A stretch of DNA of 63,153 nucleotides, counting the filler, from Halocafeteria seosinensis (lineage: Eukaryota), in assembly GCA_001687465.1 (NCBI GenBank). It is 5 parts of 5 records of this genome, joined end to end, with 100 filler letters (N's around TTAATTAATTAA, not from the genome) between each part and the next. Parts side by side here need not be neighbours in the genome. Positions count along the whole stretch, not along the records: positions 1 to 17,609 come from LVLI01000025.1; positions 17,710 to 33,664 come from LVLI01000026.1; 3 more parts are not named here. One strand, 5' to 3'. Numbering within the stretch: the first letter of the stretch is position 1; each line of letters opens with the position of its first letter. The notes beneath the pieces are model-generated. The model saw only the letters and a program-made list of their open reading frames with translations, had not been told where the DNA came from and did no database searches. Both the position numbers and the translations under genes were made by a program. Of this stretch, positions 13,637 through 25,300 are shown piece by piece.

Positions 13637-15459
13637 CTGTCGATACCAGAAATAAGGGCGAAAACTTTTTCGCCCTTATTTTTATTTGCAGACAAAACTT
13701 CAATTGATCATCCCAGTCGAATAAAACAAATTGCTGTGAACCAGCTCGACATTGGCGAGGAACTTCGCCAGCAGGCAGCAAGCATGAGTCTGAGCACCTA
13801 TCGGCGACGTATGATTGACACTCTGAACTTAAAACGGGCCAAAGCTGGTAAAGGAAAGTCACTCCCAGAAAACTGGAGAAAGATTGCTGCAGCTTGGGGA
13901 GCAACAGTCCTTCGAAAAATAGAGGAGAATAACACTCCTCCAGCGCTGCTATTCAATTTGGACGAGAGCGGGTGCAACTATCTGCTTCCGGCGAAGTCGA
14001 CCTATTATACGGGAGACGACCCACCCGCAGTTGAAGGATCATCGGAGAAGCGCTCTATAACAATTACCCCTGTAGTCAGTGGCTGCGGGGAGCTCATCGT
14101 CACTCATGTAATCATAGCAGGTGCGGAACGGTTTGACATCAAGCCAGAATTAAAGGACTCTCGAATCGGCAGCACTTCCCATAAATTCATGGTTAGAGGC
14201 AATAAGAACCACTGGATGAGCTCTGAGCTTCTATTGGAGTTATTCCAAGCGATCAGCGAGTATGCGAAGCGCATACTTGTTTTGTTTCCCGAATGCAGGA
14301 AAGCTATTGTCCTCATGGATTGTGCTCCGGTGCACACAAAGGAGTCTTTCAGGGAGTCCCTAAAGGAGCAGTTCCCCTTCATTGAAGTCGTCTATGTACC
14401 ACCTCGTTGCACATCGAAGCTACAGCCGGAGGATTTGACGTTATTTGCACCGCTCAAAGGCATTATGCGCCGGGTCTGTACAGAATTCCTTCTTGCAATC
14501 AGCCTCAAAGCGGATGAAGAGGGCTTCACTGGTGCCGCGCGTACGTTGTTCGTTCGTGAACAGAAAGAGACAAAGCCTCTCTTAGAGAATCTGATCAACG
14601 TTGCTTTGGTAACTGCGCTGAGTGAAATAAGCAAGGGCGCAATCGTGAATGGTTTCCATAAATCTGCGAAAAATTGTTTTGACGAACTATCCCATGGATT
14701 TTACAGGAGCAATGGCGACATCATTCGCTTGAGCCAGGGGGAGTTCCCAGAAGCAACGCGAGCTTTAAGATACTCCCAGAATTGGCCTGAAATCTATGAA
14801 ACTCGAAAATTCAATGCATATGTAAGCGGGGACCCTCTGGTTTCGATGACAATCTCTGAACTGAAGGGAATGTGCCGTGTTCGTCGCATCCCGTGTGAGG
14901 GTTTGAGAAAGTCGTATCTCGTGAAACTGCTTACAGAAGCCACCCAGGAAGAAGAAAGCGAAATATCCCACTCCAACGAAGAGTTATTCGAGCCATATGC
15001 TGACGTGTTCTCCGTTATGGAACCGGGCATGTGCCAGGTGGAGGGCTTTCTGGAGGAAGACGTAAAACGGAAGAAAATTTTAGTCAAATGGTTGGGATAT
15101 GAGCCTTCAGCAAGCACATGGGAACCAATGAGACACTTCAAACAAGACTTACGTGGTGAATATAACGCGTTCTATACCATGATGTTGGAGAAACAGCGGT
15201 CGGGATCCCTAACCGGCGCTTGAGATCCCAGACGAGGCTTTTCTCATCGGTACATAGTTGAAATGATCCGAAAATTGGAAAATATCTCAAATTAACTGTG
15301 TATAATACACTTATGTTACTCATACATCCTACTAAATAGCATATGGAGGATTAAATAGGGAAAAGAAGGCAATCCCACAGTTTTCGCCCTTATTTGTGAC
15401 TTTGAACTTGCCGCAACTTCAACTTGGGCAGTTTTCGCCCTTATTTCTGGTATCGACAG
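13637..15459 (+). mobile_element. pogo-like (Tc1/mariner superfamily) DNA transposon, 1823 bp, with perfect 30-bp TIRs and TA target-site duplication
   Basis: CTGTCGATACCAGAAATAAGGGCGAAAACT at 13637-13666 and its exact reverse complement at 15430-15459; TA at 13635-36 and 15460-61; subterminal copies of TTTTCGCCCTTATTT. Confidence 0.95.
13736..15223 (+). CDS. DDE_1 (pogo-type) transposase with C-terminal SAP-like motif and chromodomain
   Basis: FNLDESG / VLMDCAPVH / PPRCTSKLQPEDL catalytic motifs (DD37D by hand count); MTISELKGMCRVRRIPCEGLRKSYLVKLL (SAP-like); QVEGFLE..ILVKWLGYEPSASTWEP (chromodomain). The start is uncertain (GTG; first ATG at ~13784). Confidence 0.9.
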   Translation: MNQLDIGEELRQQAASMSLSTYRRRMIDTLNLKRAKAGKGKSLPENWRKIAAAWGATVLRKIEENNTPPALLFNLDESGCNYLLPAKSTYYTGDDPPAVEGSSEKRSITITPVVSGCGELIVTHVIIAGAERFDIKPELKDSRIGSTSHKFMVRGNKNHWMSSELLLELFQAISEYAKRILVLFPECRKAIVLMDCAPVHTKESFRESLKEQFPFIEVVYVPPRCTSKLQPEDLTLFAPLKGIMRRVCTEFLLAISLKADEEGFTGAARTLFVREQKETKPLLENLINVALVTALSEISKGAIVNGFHKSAKNCFDELSHGFYRSNGDIIRLSQGEFPEATRALRYSQNWPEIYETRKFNAYVSGDPLVSMTISELKGMCRVRRIPCEGLRKSYLVKLLTEATQEEESEISHSNEELFEPYADVFSVMEPGMCQVEGFLEEDVKRKKILVKWLGYEPSASTWEPMRHFKQDLRGEYNAFYTMMLEKQRSGSLTGA

Positions 15460-15667
15460 TATGCCGACGCGAGAACGCAGTTCTCGAAGCACCGAATGGA
15501 CTTTAACGAACGCAGTATGACAAACCACCCACCGGGAGTCTCGTTCGACTTCCGCAAGTCAATTGAGCTGTAACGAAGATTGGATGATGGAGCAAAATGG
15601 TAATATCAGCTGCAGCCTGCATCAGCATCTCGGCGACTGTTTGGATTCCTTTGGAACCATAAGCATC

Positions 15668-15895
15668 CGGGCTCCAAGCCCGGAGATCTTTGCGCCCGGA
15701 TGGGAGTGGAGGTGGGACAGTGCCCCAGTGTATTTCTGACAGGACCGTCTTAAAGCTATAACAAAGATCGGATGATAGAGAGAAATGTTATCGGGTGCAT
15801 CAGCGTCTAGACGGTTGTTTGTTGACCGGGCTCCAAGCCCGGAGATCCGGGCGCTAAGCCCGTGGGATGGGAGTGGGAGGTGGGACAGTGCCCCC
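15668..15895. repeat. Duplicated GC-rich ~60-bp motif
   Basis: CCGGGCTCCAAGCCCGGAGATC...GGATGGGAGTGG(G)AGGTGGGACAGTGCCCC at ~15668-15726 and ~15826-15895. Confidence 0.75.
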
Positions 15896-16852
15896 CAGAC
15901 TGACAGGGGCCCCAGTGTGTTTCTGAGAGGACCGTCTGGACTAAAGTCCATCCGGAATAAAGAGGTCCATACACAGGTATACCGGTAGTTGTATAGTTGA
16001 TAGGACTAACCTGATGAAACAGGCACTACACATCAATAATTGCAACTTTACAATGAGTACCATTAGCGCCTCGGTGAACAGCGGCTCTTAGCACTTTGCT
16101 GGTACCGATCCGTCAGATCTGTGTCTGTGCAGCAAGATATGCTCATTCTGCACACTCAAATCGACGCGCAGCAGAGTAAAGTCGACCATCTCTTCAAGTG
16201 GCGGAGCGATTCGGTGCAAATTATGAAAATCATGGTACATGTAACTTGATGTAAGGCTGTTTCCGATGCTGAACAATCGCTGGATCAGCTTCGTCAGGGT
16301 TTAACGAAGCTGGACCGCAATCCGTGGACGCCAAAAGGGGAGTCAGGATACTGCGACTGTTTCCCAGTTTCTTGGACCATTTCGCTCATCAGGCTATCTA
16401 GAGATTTCTGAATCGAAAGTTACTGTATATATTACTATAGGAAAAATGGTGAATTTTTGATGTAATGACTTTTCGCTACGCTCAAAGCCAAACATCAAAA
16501 ACGCTGACGCTATTCACCATTTTTCCTTTCTCCATATAAAGTGTAATTTTCAAAAGTGTAATTTTTAAAAGTGTAATTTTAAAATTATAAAGTTAAATTT
16601 TAAGATTTTGATTTNTATAAATTTTGAAGTGTAAAAAAATTCACCATTTTTCAAAAGTGGACAAAATCTTATATAAAATCTTATGTTGAAACTTTTATAA
16701 TTTAATTCTATATATTTTATTAAAATCTCTTTAAGTAGAAATTTTAATGATTTTGTGAAATCGTTTTGATTGTAAGTATTGTTTTACCATAAGCGGTAAC
16801 CAGAAGCTGTATATCATTTTGGATAATGTATATGTATGATTTAACGTTTATT

Positions 16853-17609
16853 TGTTGTGAATTGACGATTTCCCACCACACCAACCAAACAGAGCAAGAT
16901 TGAATTGATTGAATAGGCAATCTTTTGATTGTTCGGTATTTGTAGGTCATATACAAGGTGAAATAGGCAATGAACAACTACTTTGTACATTGAGTACTCT
17001 TCTCAACTCTCTAAAGAACCTATTAAAAGTATTACATTTTGATTACATCTTATATTTATTTAGCAGGGTCAATTAGAAATTCAATCTTTGGATTGAACAG
17101 GCAATCTTTTGATTGTTTGGTTGGGAAAAAATGGTATTGACTCTATACAGCATATAGAAAATGTAATCAAGCCCTCTCCGTTGTTGATAAGGTAGTTTAT
17201 TGTTTGATTTATCTGTGTGTCAAGTATTGGACTTATCTGTTGTGAATTGACGATTTCCCACCACACCAACCAAACAGAGCAAGATTGAATTGATTGAATA
17301 GGCAATCTTTTGATTGTTCGGTATTTGTAGCTCGTATAAAAGGTGATATAGGCAATGAACAACTACTTTATACATCGCTTAATCTTGTCAATTCTCTAAA
17401 GAACCTATTAAAAGTATTACATTTCAATTACATCATCCATATTTGGAGTACAGTCAATCAGAAATTCAATCTTTAGATTGAGCAGGCAATCTTTTGATTG
17501 TTTGGTTATGAAAAATTCTATTAACTCTATACAGCATATACAAAATGTAATCAAGCCCTCTCTGTTATTGATGAGGTAGTTTATTGTTTGATTTATCTAT
17601 GTGTTAAAT
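16853..17609. repeat. AT-rich tandem repeat with a ~385-bp unit built from ~190-bp subunits
   Basis: TGTTGTGAATTGACGATTTCCCACCACACC at ~16853 and ~17238; AGGCAATCTTTTGATTGTT at ~16915, 17099, 17300 and 17484. Confidence 0.85.
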
Positions 17610-17709
17610 NNNNNNNNNNNNNNNNNNNNNNNNNNNNNNNNNNNNNNNNNNNNTTAATTAATTAANNNNNNNNNNNNNNNNNNNNNNNNNNNNNNNNNNN
17701 NNNNNNNNN
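17610..17709. other. Artificial contig-joining spacer
   Basis: 100 bp of N around TTAATTAATTAA, which gives stops in all six frames; same spacer at 33665, 60567 and 62012. Confidence 0.97.
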
Positions 17710-17850
<141 letters not shown>

Positions 17851-17913
17851 ATGGATGTATGGATGGATGTCCCCCGACATTTAATAGGATAGGATAGAAT
17901 AGAATAGGATACG

Positions 17914-19191
17914 ATGAGCCTACACAGCAGCAGCCACAGCAGCAGGAGATCAGTGACTGCTTCGTCGCGGATAGCCGATAACGACACCTTCGCCACTCCT
18001 GCATCGTCATCATCATCTTCAGCGCAATTGACTGGAGAGGGAGCTGGTGCTTTGTGGAGGATCCCTCCTCGTTCAGGGACTGCGTGGCAGGAAGCAGAAG
18101 AGTCCTTGGGAGACGGAAACAGGATTCGGATACTCGTATTGGGAGATCCTACGTCGGGCAAGTCTGCCTTCGTCAAGAGAGTGTGTCTGGAGCATCACTA
18201 CTTCACGCACGTGTACCCGAACTATGCACGGTTCCTTCGAGAGTATCGAGACAGACAGCTCCGAAGGAAGCAACGAGACGACCAGACGACGACGACGACG
18301 ACCGCCAGTGGTACGAGTAGTGGCGGTCGAAAACGTGCGCGAGAAGATCAGGGCTATCCTCTGTCAGTGGAGGACGAACTGCAGCAAATCAAGCAGTCCA
18401 CTCGACAACATATCGATCGAGTTGTCGGGCAGCATTCACCCTATACGCCATCATCATCAAGTACAACGAGTAACTTTTACAGCTGGGAGAGAGGCTTCGC
18501 TGCCTACGGAGGGAGTACCCGCTTTGAATTGCTTTGGATGCCTCAGGATTCGCAAGTAAAGGCACCATACGTTAGGGAAACAAACGGCTCCTCTCCCTCG
18601 CATCAAAGGGAACCTTCTGTTACAGACGGATTGTGGGTGGAATTCGTCGATGTCGGAAGCGAATCGTCCAAGGAGGCAAGAAGGGTGTTCTATCGCGATA
18701 TTCACGGTAGGCCACATAAATATGCAGTGCAGATGTAGTGAAGTACCGGTATTTTTTCCCGTGTCTATCCTATCGCAGGTATTATTATTGTGTTTGACGC
18801 TACTAAAGGAAGCGTTCATCGACAAGAAACTGCTAAAAAGTGGATGCACGAGCTTATGGAATGCGATACGAGCACAGAGGGGGGCATCACCGCTTCCGAG
18901 AGTCTTGATCAGGTTCGTGTTATACTGGTGGGAAACCAAACAAAGAAAGATGAGCAGCAACACTCAAGTGCAAGTCGCACTGATAGAGGACACACTTCCG
19001 TATCACTTTTAGATGGCGGCTCGCCATCAGCATCTCACCGTAGTCACGTTATTTTTACGTGTGCTTTGGAGGGTGACGCACCAATTACAAACAACCATGG
19101 AACTTCCAGCGCTGCCATGTCTAGCGAAATGGGCAGTGGCACATGCGCTGTGATCGAATTCCTCGAAGATATTTTAGGGACAGTAGTTTGA
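17914..19191 (+). CDS. RABL3-like small GTPase with one intron (18707-18778)
   Basis: RILVLGDPTSGKS (G1), WVEFVDVGS (G3) and RRVFYRDIH-G-IIIVFD joined across a 72-bp GT..AG intron in frame; VILVGNQ (G4-like). Confidence 0.75.
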
Positions 19192-19376
19192 CAGCGTGCT
19201 TACAGGAAGCAGATTTGCTATGGTAAGCCACCAACCCCGACACGCGCAACTGTGGTGAACGGTTCCACTTAAGAAAAGAAAAAGAAAAAAGACGGCGCTA
19301 CAAGCAAGGAAACACACCTCCAACCATGATGGCTTGTGATGCTTGAGCCATTTCTGAGATCGGGTAGCATATCACA

Positions 19377-22300
19377 TCATCTGGACGGTGCACTGAATTT
19401 GGCTCTTGCCTTCGCAAACGCTGTAAGAAGTATAATACATATCCGAAAGATCTCTGCATCCTCAGTAGAGGGAAGCTCGGTATGCAAGCACGTCCCCTCG
19501 ACTGTGTCTAGACATACACTACGAGTCCGGTCAGGAGTCTTCCGAAAGAGTCGCTTTCGCATTTTGTGTAGGGGCAATCCAACCCGAACATTCACGACCT
19601 CACTCAAAAAGACTTTCCACTGTAGGTCGCGTTTCAGTTTGTTTGAGTGATAGTAGAATGTAAGCACGTCATAATGTTCTGACAACGCTAGCATCATGGT
19701 TCTACGCTTTAACTTCCCCTTCTTATGCATATACGGTAAGAACCAAATAGGAACGTTTACGCCTTTCAGAAGCAGTTGTAAAACTTTCAAAGGAAAGCGT
19801 TCTAGCGGCAAAATCCCAGGACGTGGGCGGTCTTGCGACAGATATTGATCATTCGATATCGCTTGCGTTGCTGCATTGTTGGTAACTTCGAATGATTCCT
19901 CGTCAGAAGAGGTCTCGGAATCAGAGTCCGCCTCTAAGCTTGCCTGCGCCGCAGCGGCGGCCTTAGCAGCTGCAGTAGCTTGGTTCAGTTTCATTTCTTC
20001 TTCCTCTGCCTCAACCGCAGACTGGCAACGCGCCTTCAGCCCCAACAACTTCAAGTATGCCTTTCCCACAGAGTTGTACGTTACCGTGTCATTCCGGACT
20101 GCCGAAATAAGACTCAATGTATCGCACAAGGCTTCAGCGCCCTTTCTCAGTGCAGATGCTGCAGTATCTGCTTTTCCTTGGGTCAACCGCTGAACAATTT
20201 GGGATAATACTTCAATAACTTCACCTGGGACCTCGAAAATGTTGCAAACCGCAAACTTTGATACACTTTCGATGATTCCGATGTGAACTGATACATCCAC
20301 GATCTTCCGAAATTGCAACAAGGATTCTATCAAGAACAGAGTTTGCACTTGTAATTCAGTACCTTCGGAAAAAATAAGGTCCTTGCATGCTCTCAGGGTA
20401 TCTAAAGCCATTCGTTTCACCACAGAACGGTCTTCGGACCATTTGCTTAGCAACACTATGGCATGTAGCTTGAGATCCTCATCATCAGTATTCTGCAGGA
20501 TCCTCAAAACAGCTTTGTGTGAATTCATCTCTTTGGCGGCCATTATTGTCTGCTTTGAATTTTCGTCGATGGTGGCCATGGCCACTACTCGTAGGGTTAT
20601 ATCCGAGACAGAAGCATCGTCTTGGTGCGTCTCTAATATGGACAACAGGATGTAATGGGCATTGGCTTCAAACGCTTTTTCCCGTATTTCATCCTCCAAA
20701 CGCAAATGCTGAGCCCATGCGTAGACTCCCCGCTCACACACCGTGCTATCGAAATCACAGGAACGTAGAACCAACGCCAGAGTAGATGGATAGTTTAGCT
20801 CCATAGTCACCGTCCGCAGAATTTCATCGACCTCTCCAAAGTATTGCAATGCTCGCAACGCGGACCCAACAACTTCAGGGTTTGTATAGTGCTGTTTCAG
20901 TACACGAATGCATGTTTCCGCCGCCCCATCCACCAATAGCCACTCAGCTACGACGGCCTGAAAATCAAAGTCCTTGGGATCGTGCGAAGGAGCAATGGTT
21001 GCGTCGAGGACGGGGGTAGGTAGAATTCGTAACCCCAACTTATGGAGGGATGCTTCTTGTTTCGCCGGGTCCTTCTTAATGCTCTTGATGCCATTCCGCA
21101 GAGTTTCAATCGCGTCATCCCTATCTAATCCTTCTTCTTCGACGCTCACGAGGTTTCCAAGTACATCACAGGCAATCTGCAGAACGTCAGGGTTGTTTAT
21201 ATTCGCCATCATACCTGCACATATAGGTTTTCCAATGCTATGTTGCATTATAGAAATTATATTTGTATCGATTCGTGTAAGATTTCCAATAGCCCGGAGC
21301 GCCATAGAAAACAAGAAGGGGTCCTCGTGAAATACCTGCAAAGATTGGACGATGACATTGCCGCATTCTCGACCAATGAGAAGACGAGCTTCGTCCGTCG
21401 TATAAGCCATGTTGCTTAAGGCGCATAGTGAATCCTCCAAAATCCGAGGTTGGTTAATCTGAGCTTCCATGATTTTCCGAATAGCACTCACACCTTCGAG
21501 TTCCAGGATGATTTCTACGCCGCTTTGTTCTGAACCTTCCACTGCGTTCCCATTCTCATCTAGCTCAGGAGTATCGCAAGCAATGTTGGCAAAAAGCTGA
21601 ACACAGTGATGAGCTATTCGGGGATAATATGGCGCACTTGTCTCTGGGAGACCATCGTCGTCGTCCTTATCGTCTTTATCTTGCACCATCCACGCTACCC
21701 GTGTTTCAACGTTGTAGTACTTGTCTGCCAGCTCAGTAAGGCACGTCACATGCTCCCTGGCCTTAAGTAGAGCAACATGCTCCTGCTTCAGGCTAAAAGG
21801 ACGTAGAAAGGTAATTATATAGTCACTTATCTGCACAGAGTCGCGATGCTTGTATACAACCCTGAACGCTGTCTTCACTGCCCCAACATCGACGAGGTAC
21901 CCTACATTGCGCGCATTATCTACAAGCCTGGCCGCTGTAATCGCCGTTGCTGTTGCTACATTGATGTTTTCCTGGAGTAGTTCATTTGCGAACACATCGT
22001 GATATCGACGGAGTACATCTTCAGGTACCGACGGAATTACATCAGCATCCACTCGTTCGCACATGGTTGTAAGTATGTCCGCTTTTTCCCTGAGAATTGC
22101 TTCACTTGTATCATTGCACGAGGCACGATTCTCCTCTGCAGCTGCGAGAAAGGCTTTCAAGGCTTTCAAGAAACCCCAAGCTGAGTACTCTTCAAATATT
22201 TCCTCCATGGAAGCCAGCAGCGGTGCCGCATATTGAGTTAGTTTCAAATCGTCGTCCTCCTCCGTGTGGTGGTTAAGCGCCGCCTGAAGCATAGCGTATG

Positions 22301-25300
22301 ATCGATGGTCTAGCTTGAGCAAGTTGATCCCGTCGGTAAGCGAGTCTTTATCACCACCTAATACCAGCGCACTTGTCTTTGCCACATCATAAAGAAGCCG
22401 AAAGACTTCGCAAGTATACTCATGATTTTCAGCTTTTGTGTGCAAAGACATACTCAGCGCTTGGAAAACCCCGAAAGACGCCAACAACTCACTCTTTTGC
22501 TTGGACTGCGGGTTACTTGTAGCACCAGAAACTGATTCGCCCAATAGACACTCCCTGCGGAGCAGCTCTACCAGCCAGACGCATGTATCTGCGTTCGCAA
22601 ATTCCACACTGCTTTTTTGGGAGGAAAAGAGGTCCTTGGATTCCTTATTCAAACATTTCTTCAGGATGTTTGCTGTCTCTTGGCAGTCTATTACTCCTTT
22701 TACTGGTTTGAAACTCCCATGGGACGCAATGTATGCCAGCAGATGAAGTCGGCAGTCTGGCGACTCTTTGATTGAGTAGTTGGACCTTTGATCGCCCGCG
22801 TAAGCGACCATTGATGTACGCAGCTCCGACTCGAGTTCCGGAAGTAGATCAAACATAACCAAATCATATTTTAACTCTGGTCCGCCGGAGATCTTACAGC
22901 TGTGGAAAAACAGCAATGCCAGCTTTATCATTTCAGATAACGTATGGAAGGGAGTAACAGATTGTTCGTACACAGTATTCAAAAGCGCAGTCAGTTCCAG
23001 CATACATGAGATCATATCCTGGTTCATTACCAAAGTATAGTATGCGGAGATTTTGGACTCTTCCGACACGTTCATGTTGTAAACTGAGGCGAGAGTCCGG
23101 TGCAAAGTGGACGACGGATCCATTAAGGCGTCCCACAAGAATGCAAGTAAATCAACATCCGTCCTATCCACTGAACACAGTCGCGAAAACCCACAACATG
23201 CAAATAGCGCCCCTGGCAACAAGAAGCGCGGGTCGACAACGGAAGGACTGCCAGTCTCCCGACAAGCTTTATCTACAATGGCTGAAACCACGTTGAAGCA
23301 AGATTCCGTTCCCCGTGCAGATGTTTCCTGTGATGCCCCAGAGGAGAACCGTATTCCCAGGGCCATAAAATTCGATAGAATACCTCCTTTGACAATGCTC
23401 TCAAGCCTTGTAGGAATATCGAGCTTAAATTGTACCGACGTACGAGACAAGGAGGCCTGAATGCTCTTGTAGGAGCTTTCCAGCAGCATTTCACAGTGTG
23501 TTGTATCTGTCTCAGTATGCGACCCAGCCAATGCCATACATAACTTGCAACATCCGTTGACTGTATCCATCAAGGGATCAAACTCAAGTTCTACACTTGT
23601 TGGCTCAGCCTCGAAGTCGGGATCAGGAACGAAGTGCGAATATGAGCAATCATTAAAGGGGGCGTTCGAAAATGCCTGCTTCCCCTTGGAAGCCAGTTCC
23701 GTCACAACGGAGGTGTCAGTCCCTATAAATGAGTTGAACTGGGTGCTGGTGCTCACCTCATCTTTTGAACCCATTACAACCTGTGTACTGAGAAGCTTCC
23801 CAACACTCTGCAACGAAATTCCTAGGATTTCATACAGGTCACTCCTTTGTACCAAGCTCTTATTACCAGACAACAGTTGATGCAATACGGCACCAGTGAC
23901 ATCAACTACAGCGTTCATACTGAACATCCAAATCGTCGTGTACATGGTTTTCACGGAGACAACAGCCGCCGATAGCCGCTTCGCAGCGTCTTTCACTTTG
24001 TCTACCTTGCTGCTCGGTTTCCTGTCGCCAGTTGGGGGGCCGTTAACTTGCGGCTCTTCGTTATGCCAACCAAGAGCCAATTCGTACAGCTGCTCACGCA
24101 AGAGGGCAGCAAACCCATATTGTCCCTGAACATCCCCTTCGAGGGTCGTCAATGCCTTGGAGCCAGCCGAAACAACGGCATTAGTTGCATTCCGATGAGA
24201 TATAGTGCTAACTATAAGCTCCTTTGTTCCCATACGTCGAAGGGCTTGTCGGTTTTCTTTGGAAGCCGTAATTTGCGCAGTACCACCTTTCCTAGCACAC
24301 AAAGTATTGACAAGGTCAAAAACAGCAACTGCCGTCTTTTCACAGCCCATTATGTCTTCAGCGTCATACATATGGCCAGAAGAAAGAGCGTCTAGAAGTT
24401 TTTCGCCGATTTTACTATTACCGCGAGGATCGTTCATATGACATAGCGTGCACACCTCAGTCAAGGAGGCAAATAGAGAAGGGACAAGCTCACCACTATC
24501 TAGTTCAGTGAAAAGCCCGATGTTGTTCGTTGCTTCTTTTAATGTGGTTTGAATCTGCTCTTCGCAACGTTCACCACTCAGTATTGCAATTGTTTCTAAG
24601 GCATATGCCAAGGACTCTCCAATTCTCCCTCGTATTTGCATGTTGGCCGTGGACTCCAAGTACTCCAAACAGGTTCGACTGATTTCCTCAGACAAAGATA
24701 GCCAGCCTCGTTCAACGAGATTCGCAGCAATAGAAGAGTCCTGGAGGTTTTGGGCCAGCGATGCGAAATTCCTCAAGCATAGGGAAGCATAATAGGTTGA
24801 TATACTATCCCAAACTTCCACTTGGCTCTTGGCTTCTTGAGTAATACAGTCGAGATAGGTTTTGTCCCGGAGAACACGTTCACCGATCCCTTGTTCGCAA
24901 GGAATTACACACAGACAATGCATTGCCTCAAGCCGCGCTTCGCTCGTAACGTACATCAGCTTGCTCGGAGATTGAAGCATCTTTGTTACCTTCGACAACA
25001 AATCATGCACAACGGTGGAACGCCGCTGTTTCTCCACAAGCAGGCTGGGTACGTTGGGGTTCTTACGGCACGAGTAGGGATGTTCTGTTATCCAGTCGGT
25101 AACATCGGCAGAAACAGAAAGACCCGAATCCTGAAATCCGGAAACGAGCATATAGTGTTTGTTTGATTTCCCTATCTTCGCAGCGGAAACCGAGAGTTGC
25201 GAACACGCATCCACAACTTCACACCATACATCGCTTCCAGCGGATTTTCCCTTCTCCGTGCCACACATGGCCGAAAGCGTTGTCAAAGCAAGATGACACA

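Noticed and set aside
16744..17609. F-box-like or alternative-genetic-code ORFs in the AT-rich repeat
   Set aside because: The reading frame is not conserved between repeat copies and stops of all types occur
16853..17609. CRISPR-like regularly spaced motif (AGGCAATCTTTTGATTGTT)
   Set aside because: The intervening sequences are ~170-180 bp and themselves repeated; no cas genes; eukaryotic context
17610..17709. TTAATTAATTAA flanked by Ns, four times in the window
   Set aside because: Artificial linker; adjacency across these spacers has no biological meaning
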